A stretch of 64,000 nucleotides of DNA, taken from Folioceros fuciformis (lineage: Eukaryota). Below are positions 1 to 13,504 of this stretch, piece after piece. A model generated the notes under the pieces. The model saw only the letters and a list, made by a program, of their open reading frames with translations, was not told the origin of the DNA and did not search any database. Position 1 is the stretch's first letter; the number at the start of each line of letters is the position of its first letter. Made by a program: the position numbers and the translations under genes. The stretch lies in contig JBNGIO010006150.1 of the NCBI GenBank assembly GCA_049999805.1, positions 291,952-355,951 of the forward strand, written 5' to 3'.

Positions 1-2461
1 GGGATGGGGGAGGTGGGAGGAGACGAGGCGAAGGTGGTTGGGCAGGGCACACGACGGTTGGGGAGTGTGGTTCGTGTGGGACGGGCTGCGGCCACGTGTG
101 AGCGTGACCTAACCCTAATGCCCAGCAAACGGGGTGCATGATGAAAGCATGATGCCGCAATCATGGCCAGCGGTAAGCACGCGAGCGGGCCCAATGGAAA
201 TGGCAGGTCAAATGCCACCATTGAATGCCCGCATGCGTGACGATGGGGACATGGGCGGGCCGCGGCCAGGGATTCCAGATGGGAGCCCATGCCCTAATGC
301 CCTAATGCCCTCCACGGGGCTCAGATTACACTACTACATATAGCATGCAGGTAGGTAGGTATATACGTTCGTGTGTACATACAACATGTTTACTGGGGTT
401 GCGGGCGCCAGGGGGCCCCACAACCAAGATCAGGTAGCAGGGGGCTGCTTTCAGTTTTAGGACAAAAATGCGCCCCACTTTTGCTTGGCCCACCGGGCCG
501 CAAGCCAGCAGATGCACCACTTGGTCCGGATCCCGCCACGCATGCCCGTGTGAACAGGGGACTCGCTGTTTAACGGCCAGCCGGGATTGTGGTCCGAACC
601 CCAACTTGGCTCTGGCAACTGTCCACCCAAAATACACTGGGCCGGTATGAGCTCATGTGGTGGTGGAATGTTTTACGGCTACTTTATAATACTGTATGCA
701 TCACATTCCTCGCCACAACACTTTGTCAAGGAAAAATGGAGAGTGGAGAGAAGAGAGTTGTCGCTCACCAGTGAGTTGGTGCACAGGGGACGCTGCTCCA
801 CTTCTTCTAGCCCATTCTGTTTTCAGCACCACCTGCATGCTGCAGCTTCACGTCCCCTGCTCTTCTTCCATCCCATTCCGTTTTCAGCACCACCTGCATG
901 CTGCAGCTTCATGGAGGGTGTTTGCTTGTCACAGCAAGAGTGTGTGTGACCTGACGTGTGACTTGCTCCAGCGGCTATGCTGTCTGCATCCTTCCAACCT
1001 GCCAGTCTTGAAAGTGAAAGACAATTATGGTCCATGTGGCCTGGAAGAAGGAGACATCGAACGAAGCACTCGGCATGCAAGGAAGGCCATTGGAGTTCTC
1101 GCTACTCAGATAGGGTGAAGCCATCACCTTCCATGCTGGACTGGCTTTTTGGCGTAGCAGAAGCATCAAGTCATTTTCGGAGGAAAAGTTCGCAGCATGT
1201 TTTCAAGCTTTGTGTGGCCGGCCACCTTACCCCTGACAGTGCTGGAGTGCATACTGCTCTCTGACTCCTACACCACTTTCTTTACGATTTTACATCGTTC
1301 CTGCAGTGGAAGGACTCACAAGCTGTTGCCTTCAGCAACGCTCGGATACCAGGCTCTGCGGAGAGTTCAGGAGCAATGGAATGGCATACATTGTTTCCGA
1401 GGGTTCATCTCTGCGTTTTCGCACATTCCAAAGCTGCTGGTCCACTGCATTTTGGATTCTCACCAGCTGACTACAGTATCTACTGGATTTGGTAATCCAG
1501 CGGTGCAGCCTGAAGAATAATCCGTCGGCAGCAGGTTGTGAATGAGAATAGGTTTGGGAAAATCTCTATATGCACCCGGCCACCAGCTGCGTGGATTAGA
1601 GACGAGCTCAGAACAACCAAGCATTGTCCCGCAACAGCATGAAGCAAGGTGGATACAACCAAGAGGTCAAGCTGAGGCTTTAGTGGAGTTAAAAAGGTCA
1701 GGATCGCCCTTACACTTCAGTTAGTCTGTTAGAGGCAATTCAGGAGGTCGTCTCCTCTCGTCAATGCCCCCTCACACGAGCGGCTCCTTGCAAGGCGGCC
1801 ATTCACCGCTGTGCACTTTAATGGAAGCCATTTTTCCAGCAGCAGCTTCGCGTCTTGTCATGAGAAAGGCCATGTTCTGCGCTGAACAGTTTCCTGGGAA
1901 CAAGCACTGTGCTCCATGGTGGTGTGGTCATGTCAACTGCCAGAACATCCGGAGTAAGCTACGCACTGGGAAAAAAAACATAAGGAGGGGTCCGCATGCA
2001 GGTCCTTCACCAAACTGCACAAACGTTTTTAAGTCTGCAATCGTCAAACAGCCACAGCGTTCGTTGATCTTTCCGCCTGAATGCCTGATGCACGCTCCAT
2101 CACATCTACGGGACACCGCAACATACCCGCCAATGATGCACCCTGTCGTAAGGGCCCCTGCAAGTTACCGAACCTTTTCGGACAAAGGGACCCTAGACAT
2201 GCATCTGGTAACGTGACCAAATCCTAGTCCACTTCCAACTTCTGTCCAGAACTAGAGTCCACCACCACTCAGAAAACATACAAATGGTCGTCGTCAAGCC
2301 ATATAAAGGTACTGTATATATGGCTCACCAGATATCTGCTCTCGACTTCCAGCCCTATAAACAGTGTCCTGCTGTCCCACCTGCGAAGCACACACTCGGA
2401 CTGCATCTTTGCATGCTTCGGCATCAAACAACTCAGCATCACCTCAATTTTCAACAATACG

Positions 2462-2671
2462 ATGTGAGACACCTTGCCTTCCACAAAAAGTAGCAGCAGC
2501 AGCCTCCACAAACATGACATCCGGACAGATTTGATGTGATTAAACGTGAAACGGACACCGCATACAATGTGAGACACCTTGCCTTCCACAACAAGCAGCA
2601 GCAGCAGCAGCAGCCTACACAAACATGAAATCCGGACAGATTTGATGTGATTAAACTTGAAACGGACACCG
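2462..2671. repeat. Two ~105-bp direct repeats with a CAG microsatellite core
   Basis: atgtgagacaccttgccttccaca...cagcagcagc...ccggacagatttgatgtgattaaac.tgaaacggacaccg occurs at ~2462 and ~2568. Confidence 0.85.
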
Positions 2672-3020
2672 TTGCCTGCCCAGGCTCGTTGCAATGCATG
2701 CGAGCAAACGCAAAAAGCTTGGAAGCAGGATTGAATCTGTTGACACTCGACTATAATTCTCCAACATCTATATTGAAGTCTGCAAGAGATTACAGGATTT
2801 ACAGCTCTCTCGTAGAGCCTAGCTTTACACACGACAAACGTAGTTTTCATCGGCCTTCCAGCCTAATAGGCCTGGAGTGCACCGATCAACACAGCTAACA
2901 TACATATTATCCACAACGATGCCGGTTTCCAGCCTAATATGACTGAAATGCACCGATCAGATCAGCGTGTACAACAAATACAGTAAAACTGATGTAGACC
3001 ATTCGCAAGGCAACAGGCGC

Positions 3021-4620
3021 TCAACCGCTGGCTCTCTTGTCCCAGCTCTTCCCGTCCAGCCACTCGAAAACCTCAGCGTTCTTGCGGCTGGTTAACGCGT
3101 GAAGCCCTTCAGCCACCTGCAGCTGGTCCTTGATCTGTCTCTCCCACTTCAGCCTCGGTCCAAAATGCCCATGGGGCCCGTGGTGGCGCGGCCCAGCGCC
3201 ATGGCCAGGTTCTCCATCCTCACCTTCCACCGGACGAGGCCCCCGATGCCCGCGGCCCGGTCCGAACCTTCGTCCCTCGCCTTCGACCTCATCGCCTTCC
3301 ACCGGGTGGGGGCCGCGGGGTCCGCGCCCGAACCGACGTCCCTCGCCTTCGACTTCCTCGCCTTCCACCGGCGGGGGACCGCGGGGTCCGCGCCCGAACC
3401 GACGTCCCTCGCCTTCGACTTCCTCGCCTTCTACCGGCGGGGGACCGTGGGGTCCGCGCCCGAACCGACGGCCCTGGCCCTCCGACTCACCTCCTTCGCT
3501 CTGGACAGGAGGGCCGCGGTGACCGTGGCGAGGTCCGGACCTACGGCCCTCGGCTTCGTCCCCTTCTGCGGTCTGGTCTCGAGGCCCGTGGCCCGGGCCG
3601 AACCTACCTCGGTGGGGACGCGGGGATTCGTCGTCTTCGGGAAGGAGGTTGGAGCTGGTAAGGAGGCGGTGAAGTTCCGGGGGATCGAGCTTCTTCGCGA
3701 CGAAGCCTTCCGCGTTGATGATGTTGTTGGAGAGGAGGAGATCATGGAGCTTGCGGGACAAATCTTCGTCCAATCCCTCGATGCCGTCGGAGAAGAATGT
3801 AGGAGTGACTGGAAGCGGATCGGCAACAACCTCTGCTGCTGGAATGCCTGCGGGAGAGGAGTAGAAGTGAGAACCAGGGAGGATTTCATGTGGATCTTGA
3901 AAATTGCGTTGTAGATTTGATGTCTTTGTAGTTTGAATTAGGCACGTTTGCTTACCTTTGCTTTCCAAGGTCTTGATTTCCTGCTTAACCTTGGAGGCTG
4001 TGAAGTCGTCTTTCGGCATGTGGACGAACAGAGTGGGAGGGTACGAGCCCTTGGATGCAGCGTCGATGGCTTCGGTCACACCATGGGATACGATGAGCAC
4101 GGAGGCATATACGGGCAACTTGTGTGCCAGGGCAGAAATGAAATTGCCGCCGGACGACGAGCCGAGGACTGTGAGGTGCAGGTCCTTCAGTTCGGGGTGC
4201 TCTCCTGGAGGCATGGTTTTGATGTCAGCAAGAGTTCCCAAGCTTGAGGAAAAAAGGTGGAATGGAAGCAAACGATGATGGGGTTGTGAGGAGCTCACCT
4301 CTCCATTCGTTCAAAATTTTCTCCACGTTCGCAATGTCGGCAGAGGACTCGGTCGGCCAGTGAGACCAGCCGTGGTCGACAGATTTGATGGCTATAACAG
4401 CGAATCCCCTCTCCAGTGCATTTCTCACGATGGTTTTGTGCTCAGGAAGTCCAGAATTGCCCTCGACATCCCAGTAGGTGGAGGGCCTGCCTCCACCACC
4501 ATGTGCGATGAAGAGGATGGCCTTAGGGTGCTGTGGGATTTGCCAGTATACATCCACGTCGTGGCGGGTCTCGTGCGTGGGGTTCAGTTCGACACTGCGA
4601 TGAAGTTGCGCGGATGCCAT
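3021..4620 (-). CDS. Plant alpha/beta-hydrolase-fold protein with a Gly/Pro/Arg/Glu repeat insertion; at least 3 exons, 5' end uncertain
   Basis: VYWQIPQHPKAILFIAHG..GLPEH..RGFAVIAIKS; nucleophile-elbow-like LGSSSGG; PPTLFVHMPKD; C-terminal His (GLHALTS). GT-AG introns 4298-4205 and 3955-3848 join the ORFs in frame. An AG acceptor near 4626 suggests a further upstream exon. Confidence 0.8.
3200..3610 (-). repeat. Coding ~66-bp tandem repeats (22 aa: RRFGRGPRGPPPVEGEEVEGEG)
   Basis: Three near-identical and several degenerate units visible in both DNA and translation. Confidence 0.9.
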
Positions 4621-5599
4621 TGTTCCTGCAGAGTGCTGCTACAACAGGGACACATCAGAGAGTGCCAGCCAGCGTCCTGGACTGCGAGTGAGATCTATTC
4701 CTTGCATCTGCAGTTCAAGAAACTAATGCGTCTGTCACATTTTCTGGATGTCTGAAGTAGTCTAACTGGGTTACATTCCTCTCTACCATGCATGTCAGGG
4801 CAATGACAAACAGATCCGCAAAACTGGACAGTCAGATCGATTGGCAGTAGTGTAGCCTGCGACACGCTGAGCATGAGCATCATGAAGTTTTGCCACAACA
4901 GAAGTAGGAGGATCGAAGCCAGCTTACAGCGGGTGACGAAACTTCTTGCCTCGTAGGTAGGTATCCTTCCAAGCCGCGCTGTAATAAACTTGCGTAGATG
5001 TAGGAGCAGGTTGAGTCTGCTGAATTCCAAGTCTCTTCTTATAGGAATTGGAGCCGCTCCCAGCTGTCGGGGTGAATACTTGGAGGAAATGCGCTGCAAC
5101 ATGCAGGGGACACGCACCTTGACAGATTAAAAGGACCGGAAGCACGGAAGGATAGAACCGAATACCCGGGTGCCACGATCCTGTCTGGCTGGCACTTCCA
5201 GGTTACGACGTGACACATCAATGATGGTCGTGTGCATATACACACGTCACCGCTGGCTGACATACAGGTAACACTGTTCATAAGTACAATCTATTTGAAA
5301 CACTGTATTCTACTCTATTTAAGGGTTTCGCAGGGACACTTTCTTACAGGTCTAGATCACGCGGTTAAAAGTTGAGAGACTTTGAATGGCGTAACCCAGC
5401 CCAGCATGCACACACCTTTGATGCAGGAGGCATGCAGACAAGTGGACAAGTTTCCGACAGATCCGTCACTCTGCTCCAGAACGAGGTGACATGGTTGTTT
5501 GCACGGCACCAGAGAGCGCAGCCAATCCGAGGTCTGAGTGAGTACTTTCGGCTGTGTAAGTGGAGGCATCAATACAAATCCTGCCCTGTCATGCTGGTG

Positions 5600-8050
5600 T
5601 GGTGGCGCCGGGCAAACCTCGCCCCTATGCTTTTTTCTGAACCAAAGCGATCTAGATCAGAGACACACGACACACGCGGAAAACAACAACAAGTAGAATG
5701 TTTTATTATGAGCCTGAAAAGGCATTATACAAGAGTAGAATGAAGAGTCACGTTTGTTCACATAGCGTCCCTAAACAAATGGAGAAACGAGCTTCACGTC
5801 AAACGTAACCAGTTTCACACACCCCCCTTGAAGCGAGATGATCTAAAACAGCAATGTATCACAAATCAACGAGTCCCAATCTTGAACAGAAGCTCTCATG
5901 TTTAATCTTCCCCAAAGGCTTGGTGAGAATGTGGACTAGCTGGTCTTCGGTGGATACGTACGTCAACACTAGCGCTCCTAAGTCCACCTTGAGACGGAGG
6001 AAATGATATCTTACTTCTATGTGTTTTGATCGCTCATGAAACCTCAGATCTTTTGAGAGAGCAATGGTAGCCATATTATCACACATTAATTCCAAAGGGC
6101 CTTCTTGTGGGTAACCAAGGTCTCGAAGTAGCTGAACGATCCATAGTCCTTCCTTGGCGGTTGAGGCAGTAGCAATATATTCAGATTCAGCTGAACTCTG
6201 TGCAATCGAGGTTTGTTTCTTCGACTTCCAGCTCACAGGCCCCCCTACAAGCATGAACACGTAGCCACTTGTGGATTTTCTAGAGTCCGGATCGCCTGCA
6301 TAGTCTGCATCAGTCCAACCTATAAGCTTGGTTGCAGCATCAGGACCTCCTTTGTACTGAATTCCACGGGTTCTCAGTCGCTGAAGGTATCTAAGGATTC
6401 TTTTAGCTCCTACCCAATGTAACTTTCCAGGATTGGATAGGAACTGAGAAACGTGGTCATTAGGACATGCTATATCTAGTCTAGTGTATTGTGCTAAACG
6501 CCGAACACTGCCTACTATGCCTGCATACGGAACTGATTGCATCTCAGCAGCTTCATCATCTACTTGAGGTGACATAGTCTTACTTAGTCTTGGGCCTATT
6601 TGCATGGGTGTGTCTACAGATTTGCAGCTAGACATTTCATACTTGGTTAGAAACATATGTACCCTGATGCAAGTTGATAGTATGATTAGACGAATTCTGA
6701 ACGACCTAAATACCAAGACAACATGACATACTCCCATTATCAGCCATTTTGAAGTCTTTCTAAAGAGCAAATTTGCACTCCGTTAAATACTTTTCATCAT
6801 TTGAAACCATGATGAGGTCATCTACATAGAGACCCATCATAAGCATTTGTTGCCCCCTATTTCTTGTGAAGATGCTAGAGTCCACAATACTTTTAACATA
6901 ACCCAGGCCGAGTAAATACCGAAGTACACGCTCATATCAGCCTCTCGGAGACTGCTTTAGTCCATAGAGTGTTTTCTGAAGAAGGCACACCTTAGACTCT
7001 TGGCCTTTTACTTCATATCCAGGAGGCTGTTGAACGTAGATTTCTTCTTTTAAAATCCCATGAAGAAACGCGGTCTCCACATCTGATGTATAGCGAGACC
7101 ATATAGAGCAGCTAGGGCTATCATCACACGAAGAGAGGTGCTACCGGGCTAAAGATACTGGATTTAGAGTAGTCGACTCCACTCTTTTGTGTGAATCCTC
7201 TTGCTACGAATCTGGCCTTGAACCTGGCCAGAGAGCCATCTGTGTTGTGCTTCTTTCTCAAGACACATTTGCTGCCCATGATGTTGCTGCCTTTCGGTGG
7301 ATCAACCAAGGTCGAGGTGTTGTTAGAAACCAATAATTGATATTCACTGTCCATTGCTTGTTTCCAGGAGTTGGATTCAGGTCCTTCTAGTGCTTCCTTA
7401 ACAGGAACAATGTCAGCACTAAAGAGAGCATGTGCAGAAAGGCCTTGGGATTTGTCAAAGGAGAGATCATGAAATTTTACACTTGAAATCCCTATGTTTG
7501 ACCTAGTAGAGCGTTGTGTTGTGTTGTCAGAAGATGGAAGTCCATCAGACTCAGCAACATCAGGATCTTGTCTTTGAAATCCATCATGCTCAGCAACATC
7601 AGGATCTAGTTCTATTCCCCCTCTGTGGCTGAGCAGGATCTTTGTGGTAAAGCCAGTCTATGTTGTAAGGATCGGGAGGGGGAGCTCTGGGAAGGGGTGG
7701 TAAAGGAGCGGCTGCTAAGTTAGGGGTTGCTTGGTGGGGAAGTGTCACCGGAATGAGAGGCGGCTGAAAGACGTCGTCCGCATAGGTGGTAACAGGAAGG
7801 AGCGATGTCATTGCGCTAGCTGCTAGTGAAGGATCTCCAGGATAGTGATGCTCACCATTTTCTAATTGTTGGTGTGAATATGGGACTATCTTCTAGTGTT
7901 GTATCTCGTGTGAGAGGAGATGTCCCTCAAAAAGTGGTGTGGTAAGGTCTCCTGCATTGTTAGTACGAAAAACCTTGATCTTCTATCCAGTGTGGTTCTC
8001 TGCATGAGCTTGGAACGTCTTGAAACAGGGAAATGCCTCAGGTTTGTGTT
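5600..8050 (-). mobile_element. Degenerate Ty1/copia LTR retrotransposon (integrase fragment, RT, RNase H, PPT, start of 3' LTR)
   Basis: RNase H motifs GWTDADYAG, RKSTSGYVF, SSAESEY, CDN, RSKHIEVRYHFLR (ORF 5859-6770); RT YVDD at ~6817-6828 and KARFVARGFTQ (7124-7354); integrase-like KVFRTNNAG..IVPYSHQQ ~7865-7980; PPT AAGGGGGG at ~5822-5829 followed by TG at 5821 on the minus strand; frameshifts and stops. Far end of the LTR not resolved. Confidence 0.92.
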
Positions 8051-8053
8051 TGA

Positions 8054-8063
8054 NNNNNNNNNN
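8054..8063. other. Assembly gap (10 N)
   Basis: Run of n. Confidence 0.99.
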
Positions 8064-10179
8064 CAGCCAGGCCCTGAATGTGCATTCACCCCCGTTCCTT
8101 GGACTTGAGTTGTCGCGGATGTACTGGTGGCCTCCCTAGGCCTAGATATAGATCTCTGAGCCTCCATCTGGCTCACTTCCCTCGGTGTCCCTACAAGATT
8201 TTCATCAGGCTCATAATGCAGCTCCTGCGAAGACTCGATTACATCCCGTGAAGGCACGTTGCTTCCACAACCCTTGTGCGTCTCTCCCCTAGCTAGCTTG
8301 CCAGGCTCCTTCTCATCCATACGCAAATCCTGGTGACAAGTCGAGGTCGTCGACTCCCAACCAACCAAGTGGCCGAGTTGCGAATCCCCCTGGCCGTTGC
8401 ACACCGTGTTTGGATTTCTGTCACGGGCCTCTTACCTCATGCTTTCCTCCCATGAAGGGGTGTTCGGAAGACCTCCGTTAATTCTGGCAAGGAGCTTGGC
8501 ATCTGCTTCAGAAGAGCTTCGAAAGGCCAAATCAAGACCAGAATTAGCCTCCATAGGCTTGGAGTAAGGCGCCTGCATCTTCGCCCGATTTGTCTCCATC
8601 CCGATTTCCTCCTGCTTGCCTTCCGGTTTGGAATAAGTCTCCTCACTGCTTTCGATGGCTTCACGAACAGTCCATCTCACATCCTTCATCCTTTGAGCTC
8701 ATCCTTGCAGGAATAGTGTTTGTTAGTGCCCTTTGAAGAGAGATGGACACGGATGATCAAAGAAGACCACAATATGAGACAGATGGAGATCAACTTTGTT
8801 CTCTCTACTTTGGTATGTGTTGTCACATGTCTTGAGAAACTTGGAGAATGCCTTACATGTGTGGCACATGCAAGGCATTTTCCAAGACCTTTGGACCTAG
8901 TGGGTCCGAAGGTAGGTGTGCTCGGCTTGTAAGGGGGTGTATTTGTGGATCTACATCTATGCGCATCCCTCTACTGCCCAACGTGGAAGGTTGAGGATGA
9001 TATGCTAGTTGATGGAGTCCTGTGTAAGGTCTGTTACCATCACATCAACCACCACAAGCTGAAACCCGATCCCCTACATTAAGAAGACATCAACCTAGAG
9101 GAAATCAACCAAAAATTTATCAACCAAGGTATAGGGGCGTTGAGCCTTCTTGTAGGGCAAGAAGCTACCTACCAACCTTGACCGAAGAAAAAAACAATAT
9201 CATGCACTAATTCATAAGTAGGGTACAAAATTATATCCAACATTTGTCCCTAAGTAGTGATACATTGTCTCCCACACCTCTAGCTTATATTCATCAATGG
9301 CAAATGAATAAAAGCAGAGCTGGAGCACAAGCTTAGCCTTAGGCCACTACAAGCATTACCAACCCCTCATATGTTAAATCTCTAATTAAGCTATCTTTGA
9401 GAAGAATTAGCTTAGAAAGTATGTAATATAATGTTAGTTTTTTCTACAAATAAAGAACTAAATTACAACTAGATGTATTGGATTACGCATTTGAAACCAT
9501 TTAAGCGATAATCTTGCTGCTCGCAAGTACTTAAGTTGATTGGCTACCGAAGTCTCCCAATAAGGGCTTGGAGGGCCAGACGAAGCCTTGCTTGTTCACA
9601 ATCATGGACTTTGGTCATGTCGGCCCAAAGAACCACAAGATAAACACCATATTTTGAGAAGGGTCGCAATACCATGAAAGGGTAGTTTGTGCGTAATAAA
9701 CTGCAAAGATTTTTTTTTTATGCCTTGAGTTGTTATGCCTTGGTAGAGTGGTTCTTTAGAAAATTGACTGTTTTGGCAAACTATCTCTAATTTCAAAAAG
9801 ACATTGCACAAACTATGGTGTGGCTCCTCATAGCCCAAGTGAAAAACACCCTGATATAGGCCCCATGTTCCATACCATTACGATTGAAGCTGCCTTCAAA
9901 AGAGAGGGTTTCTTGAAGACATGCTTACCTAGAAGCCTAGGTACAAGGTAGGGGACACTGCCAACGCGTAGCCTATGAGGAAGTAGGATTGGGCGTCGGC
10001 TGAAGTAGGATTGGGTGTCGGCTAACCGGAGCTCGTTCTTTCTTCCTCACCCATATCTCTTCTAGAAGTGCAATCCCTACTTAACCTCATGCAATGCAAT
10101 AAAACAAAAGTAGAGATACCGTATGTATGTACTACTCATTTTCACTCATTATCCTCATCACCATCTGATGGATTGTTTC

Positions 10180-10385
10180 TAGAGCCATATTTATAGTGAA
10201 GGACTCGACTGCTTCCAGAGCCATATTTGTAGTGAAGGGCTCGATTGTTTCCAGAGCCATATTTGTAGTGAAGGGCTCGATTGTTTCCAAAGCCGTATTT
10301 GTAGTGAAGGACTCGATTGTTTCTAGAGTCGTATTTGTAGTGAAGGACTTGATTGTTTCCAGAGCCATACATCCAATGAAGGACC
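10180..10385. repeat. 36-bp minisatellite, about 5 copies
   Basis: Unit agagccatatttgtagtgaagggctcgattgtttcc. Confidence 0.92.
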
Positions 10386-10749
10386 CCCTAGTAGCAAGAT
10401 CAATCTACCCCTGCATCTCATACTATTTATACCTAGTGCCTTTTTTGTTTGCTGTATACAAGTATTTTCGCATTGTTAGCTGGAACTCACAATACAGAAA
10501 AATTGCGTCATCTACGAATATTTCTAGAATATTTTTGGGGTAAAAGGATTTTCATCTTTGCTTGTTAAACAAGCAAAAAAACTGAACGGTCGGATTCCGC
10601 TAAAATGAGCTTTAGGTGAAAAACATATTGAAAATCCCTAACATGTATTCAAGTTTTGGATGGTTCTAACTTGTCCATCAAAAATTTTGAAATATGGGAA
10701 TTTTCTACAATAGAGAGTGGTTTTGATCGTATTCCCAAAAGTTGATCCT

Positions 10750-11170
10750 TGGCCTATTTTGAACTTCTCCATTCTAAATTGTTCATGGCCAAGGACTATC
10801 TCTATTTTCAATTGTTATTGGCAAAGAACTCTCTCTATTTGGCCTATTTTGAAATATGGCCAAGGACTATCTCTATTTTCAATTGTTATTGGCAAAGAAC
10901 TATCTCTATTTGGTCTATTTTGAAATTCTCCATTCTAAATTGTCGATGGTCAAGGACTATCTCTATTTTCAATTGTTGTTGGCTAAGGACTATCTCTATT
11001 TTCAATCGGTGTTGGCCAAGGACTATCCATCTCCAATTGTCAATGGCTAAGGATTGTATCTATTTTCAATTATCCATGACCAAGGAATGCAGTACTTATA
11101 AATACAAGTGGAATTCATTGTCTTCTGTTGAAAGCTAAAGAATGTAGTACTTATAAATACAAATGGAATT
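10750..11170. repeat. AT-rich ~33-bp degenerate tandem repeat array
   Basis: Recurrent ggccaaggactatctctattttcaattgttatt with interspersed ggcctattttgaa variants. Confidence 0.88.
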
Positions 11171-12254
11171 GATTGTGTTCTAGTTCAATGGTCGAAAGCT
11201 AAGGACACATTTGCCTATATATACAGCTCACTCTTTCCATTCCATCAGTCTTCCTTCATATGCCCACAACGTGTATTCTATCGCTCAAGACCGCATTGCC
11301 CGTGTTTGCTCCGTCCCTTACGCCTTCCCCCAATGTGGCTAGCCCTTCTCTGCAACTAGATGGTTCAATAGCGGCTGGATGGTCAGAGGTGGTGATATCA
11401 GGGTGCCTTGCGTCTGTGGCAACAACCTGGAGTCCACTTTGGCTACATGGCCTCCTCAAACCCGCCTTCACTTCACTTACGCTCGGCCTTTGCCCCCGTC
11501 CTCTTCTCCTCCTTCCTCAATATGCGCTTTCTTGATGTCCTCCTCTTTTCCTTCTGGACATTGTCTACAGGGTCTGTTCGTCCAGCCTCTTTTTGCTGCG
11601 AAGGCCCTTCATTTGTTGTTTGGACCTGTTCCATGGACAGCGTTATGCATTAGCAACAGAATACTATCTCGTTTCCACTCGCGACAACAACGGCAGCACA
11701 CTTACACTCCAAGTGCAGCTCCTGGTGACTCTGCACGCTGCTGATGTGGGTGTTGGCTCTTCCATCCGACATCTCTCTCCCCACCCTGCTGGAGTTTGCA
11801 TTTGTTGGTCCTGTGGGTTGCAGTCACGTCGCGTACCTCGTCCCTCCGGTCTGGGCTTGCTTCGTCTAAGCTGCCTCTTCCACTTCTACGTTTTGCCTCT
11901 TCACACCCAACCCCTCCGATCATGGACAGAAGCCGTACAGGCGCTTGCGGTACACGATACCTTGGAGAGTAAGGAGGAAGAGAATGTCCCCTTTAACATG
12001 CCATGTACCCATGTTAGGCTGATCAGTGCCATAGCCATTGCAAAGTAATGGTGATAGACGCACCTGCCTATTCAGCCGGTCACAGGGCAGGGTTAACGTC
12101 AAAGGTTGGAAGCGATGCGCAGCCCAAACCATGGTTCAATACAAACGGACTCCAAAATCGAATCAGACATATTACCACAAAAATAAAAATAGAAAAAATT
12201 ACCACAGTGGAATGTCAATACCTTTCCCTCTCTCCGTATGTTCCCTCTTTCAGC

Positions 12255-12322
12255 AAGACTTAAACAACAACCACACCTACCCGGTGAAAGACTTAAACAA
12301 CAACCACACCTATCCGGTGAAG
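12255..12322. repeat. 33-bp direct repeat x2
   Basis: aagacttaaacaacaaccacacctacccggtga repeated. Confidence 0.85.
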
Positions 12323-13504
12323 AAGGCACACAACCCAGGTCAATAACCACGAAAATGGACAAAGACCTACACTGACAGAACGCACATCCTTACACACCTG
12401 ATAAGCTCGCACTAGTAGGGCAGGGACACACCCGTCTCACAAGAAATGATCCAGGAGGAGCAAGAGAGGAGGGGAGGCAAGAAGAGAAACAGAACAGCTG
12501 TGCCATCCTGATGCCAACGAGTGCATCAACTCAACGGATTTCAAGCAGACAAAGGTTTGTTGACCAAACGCTGACGACTCACAACCTATCGAACGTCGAA
12601 CGCGGCAACCACTGCACGAGCATAAACCTTGGAAAGCCATACCCTGAAAGTGTAGTGTTGCAGTACTCTTCTTTGACTTTCAGCCGTACATGAGTTTGAG
12701 GTGCTCGACATTTACTGGACCAGGGAGTAGCCTTGTCTGGTCTCCCAATCAAGTGTGTTTTGTGTGAGCTTTTGCCCCTGCTACAAAACAGGTCATGCAG
12801 ACAAGCCATTCTTCATGTTTGTTTGTACTGGGAAGCCCAGCCCAGCCCAGCCCAGCATATCACAACATGGCGGGAGTGGAGGAGCTTGTACCTGCTGGAT
12901 AGCCCGGGTCCCTTCAGCTTCCTCACCAATTCTGGGGAGGTAGGTGTCTCCACCAGCGGAATCATGTCGTCATGATCATCATCCGAGCTATCGGGGGTAC
13001 CAAGAATGGCGCCAACTTCAACCCCCTCTCCAACCTCCACAGAGGTGACAATCTCCGCTCCCGATCGCTCCAGCTAGTCCTCCAAACTCTCCTTGCAGCC
13101 ATCTGAGCTAAAATCATCTCAAGGCACCCCATGCACATCACAGCAGAAGCAATTGATGCCATCCCCGATTCTATCCCCATCCGCCAATCTTCTGTTCTAA
13201 CCACCCGCCGAAACTCTCCCAGCTACCACAGCACCGATTCCCCCCTCACAAGGCTTCAGCCCGACCCTCTTCAGACCGCGCACCCGGCCTGCCAGACACA
13301 TTGTCGAAAGGAACATACCTTCCTACTGCCTTCCCAGCTCTCACGGCCGGAATTAGCACCGTCTCCACCTCAAGCTCCTTAGACTGCTTCGCATTGATAG
13401 GCCGAGGGATGGAATTCATCATTTCCGTGGGCAAAACTGATTCAACCTCCCTCCTGCCCCCATCAGTGCAAGGCTTGTGCTCCCCCAGCGGCTTCCTTGC
13501 CCGC

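Noticed and set aside
329-2900. CACTA terminus at 329 and a SWIM/FAR1-like remnant in ORF 2269-2850
   Set aside because: No matching terminal repeat found and the Cys/His spacing is unconvincing; probably degraded sequence of unknown origin.
10180-11170. Regular 33-36-bp repeats as a CRISPR array
   Set aside because: Head-to-tail units without unique spacers, no cas genes, eukaryotic context; these are minisatellites.
8064-13500. Short ORFs as genes or gag
   Set aside because: No recognisable motifs; the region is repeat-rich and likely TE-derived but cannot be classified by eye.
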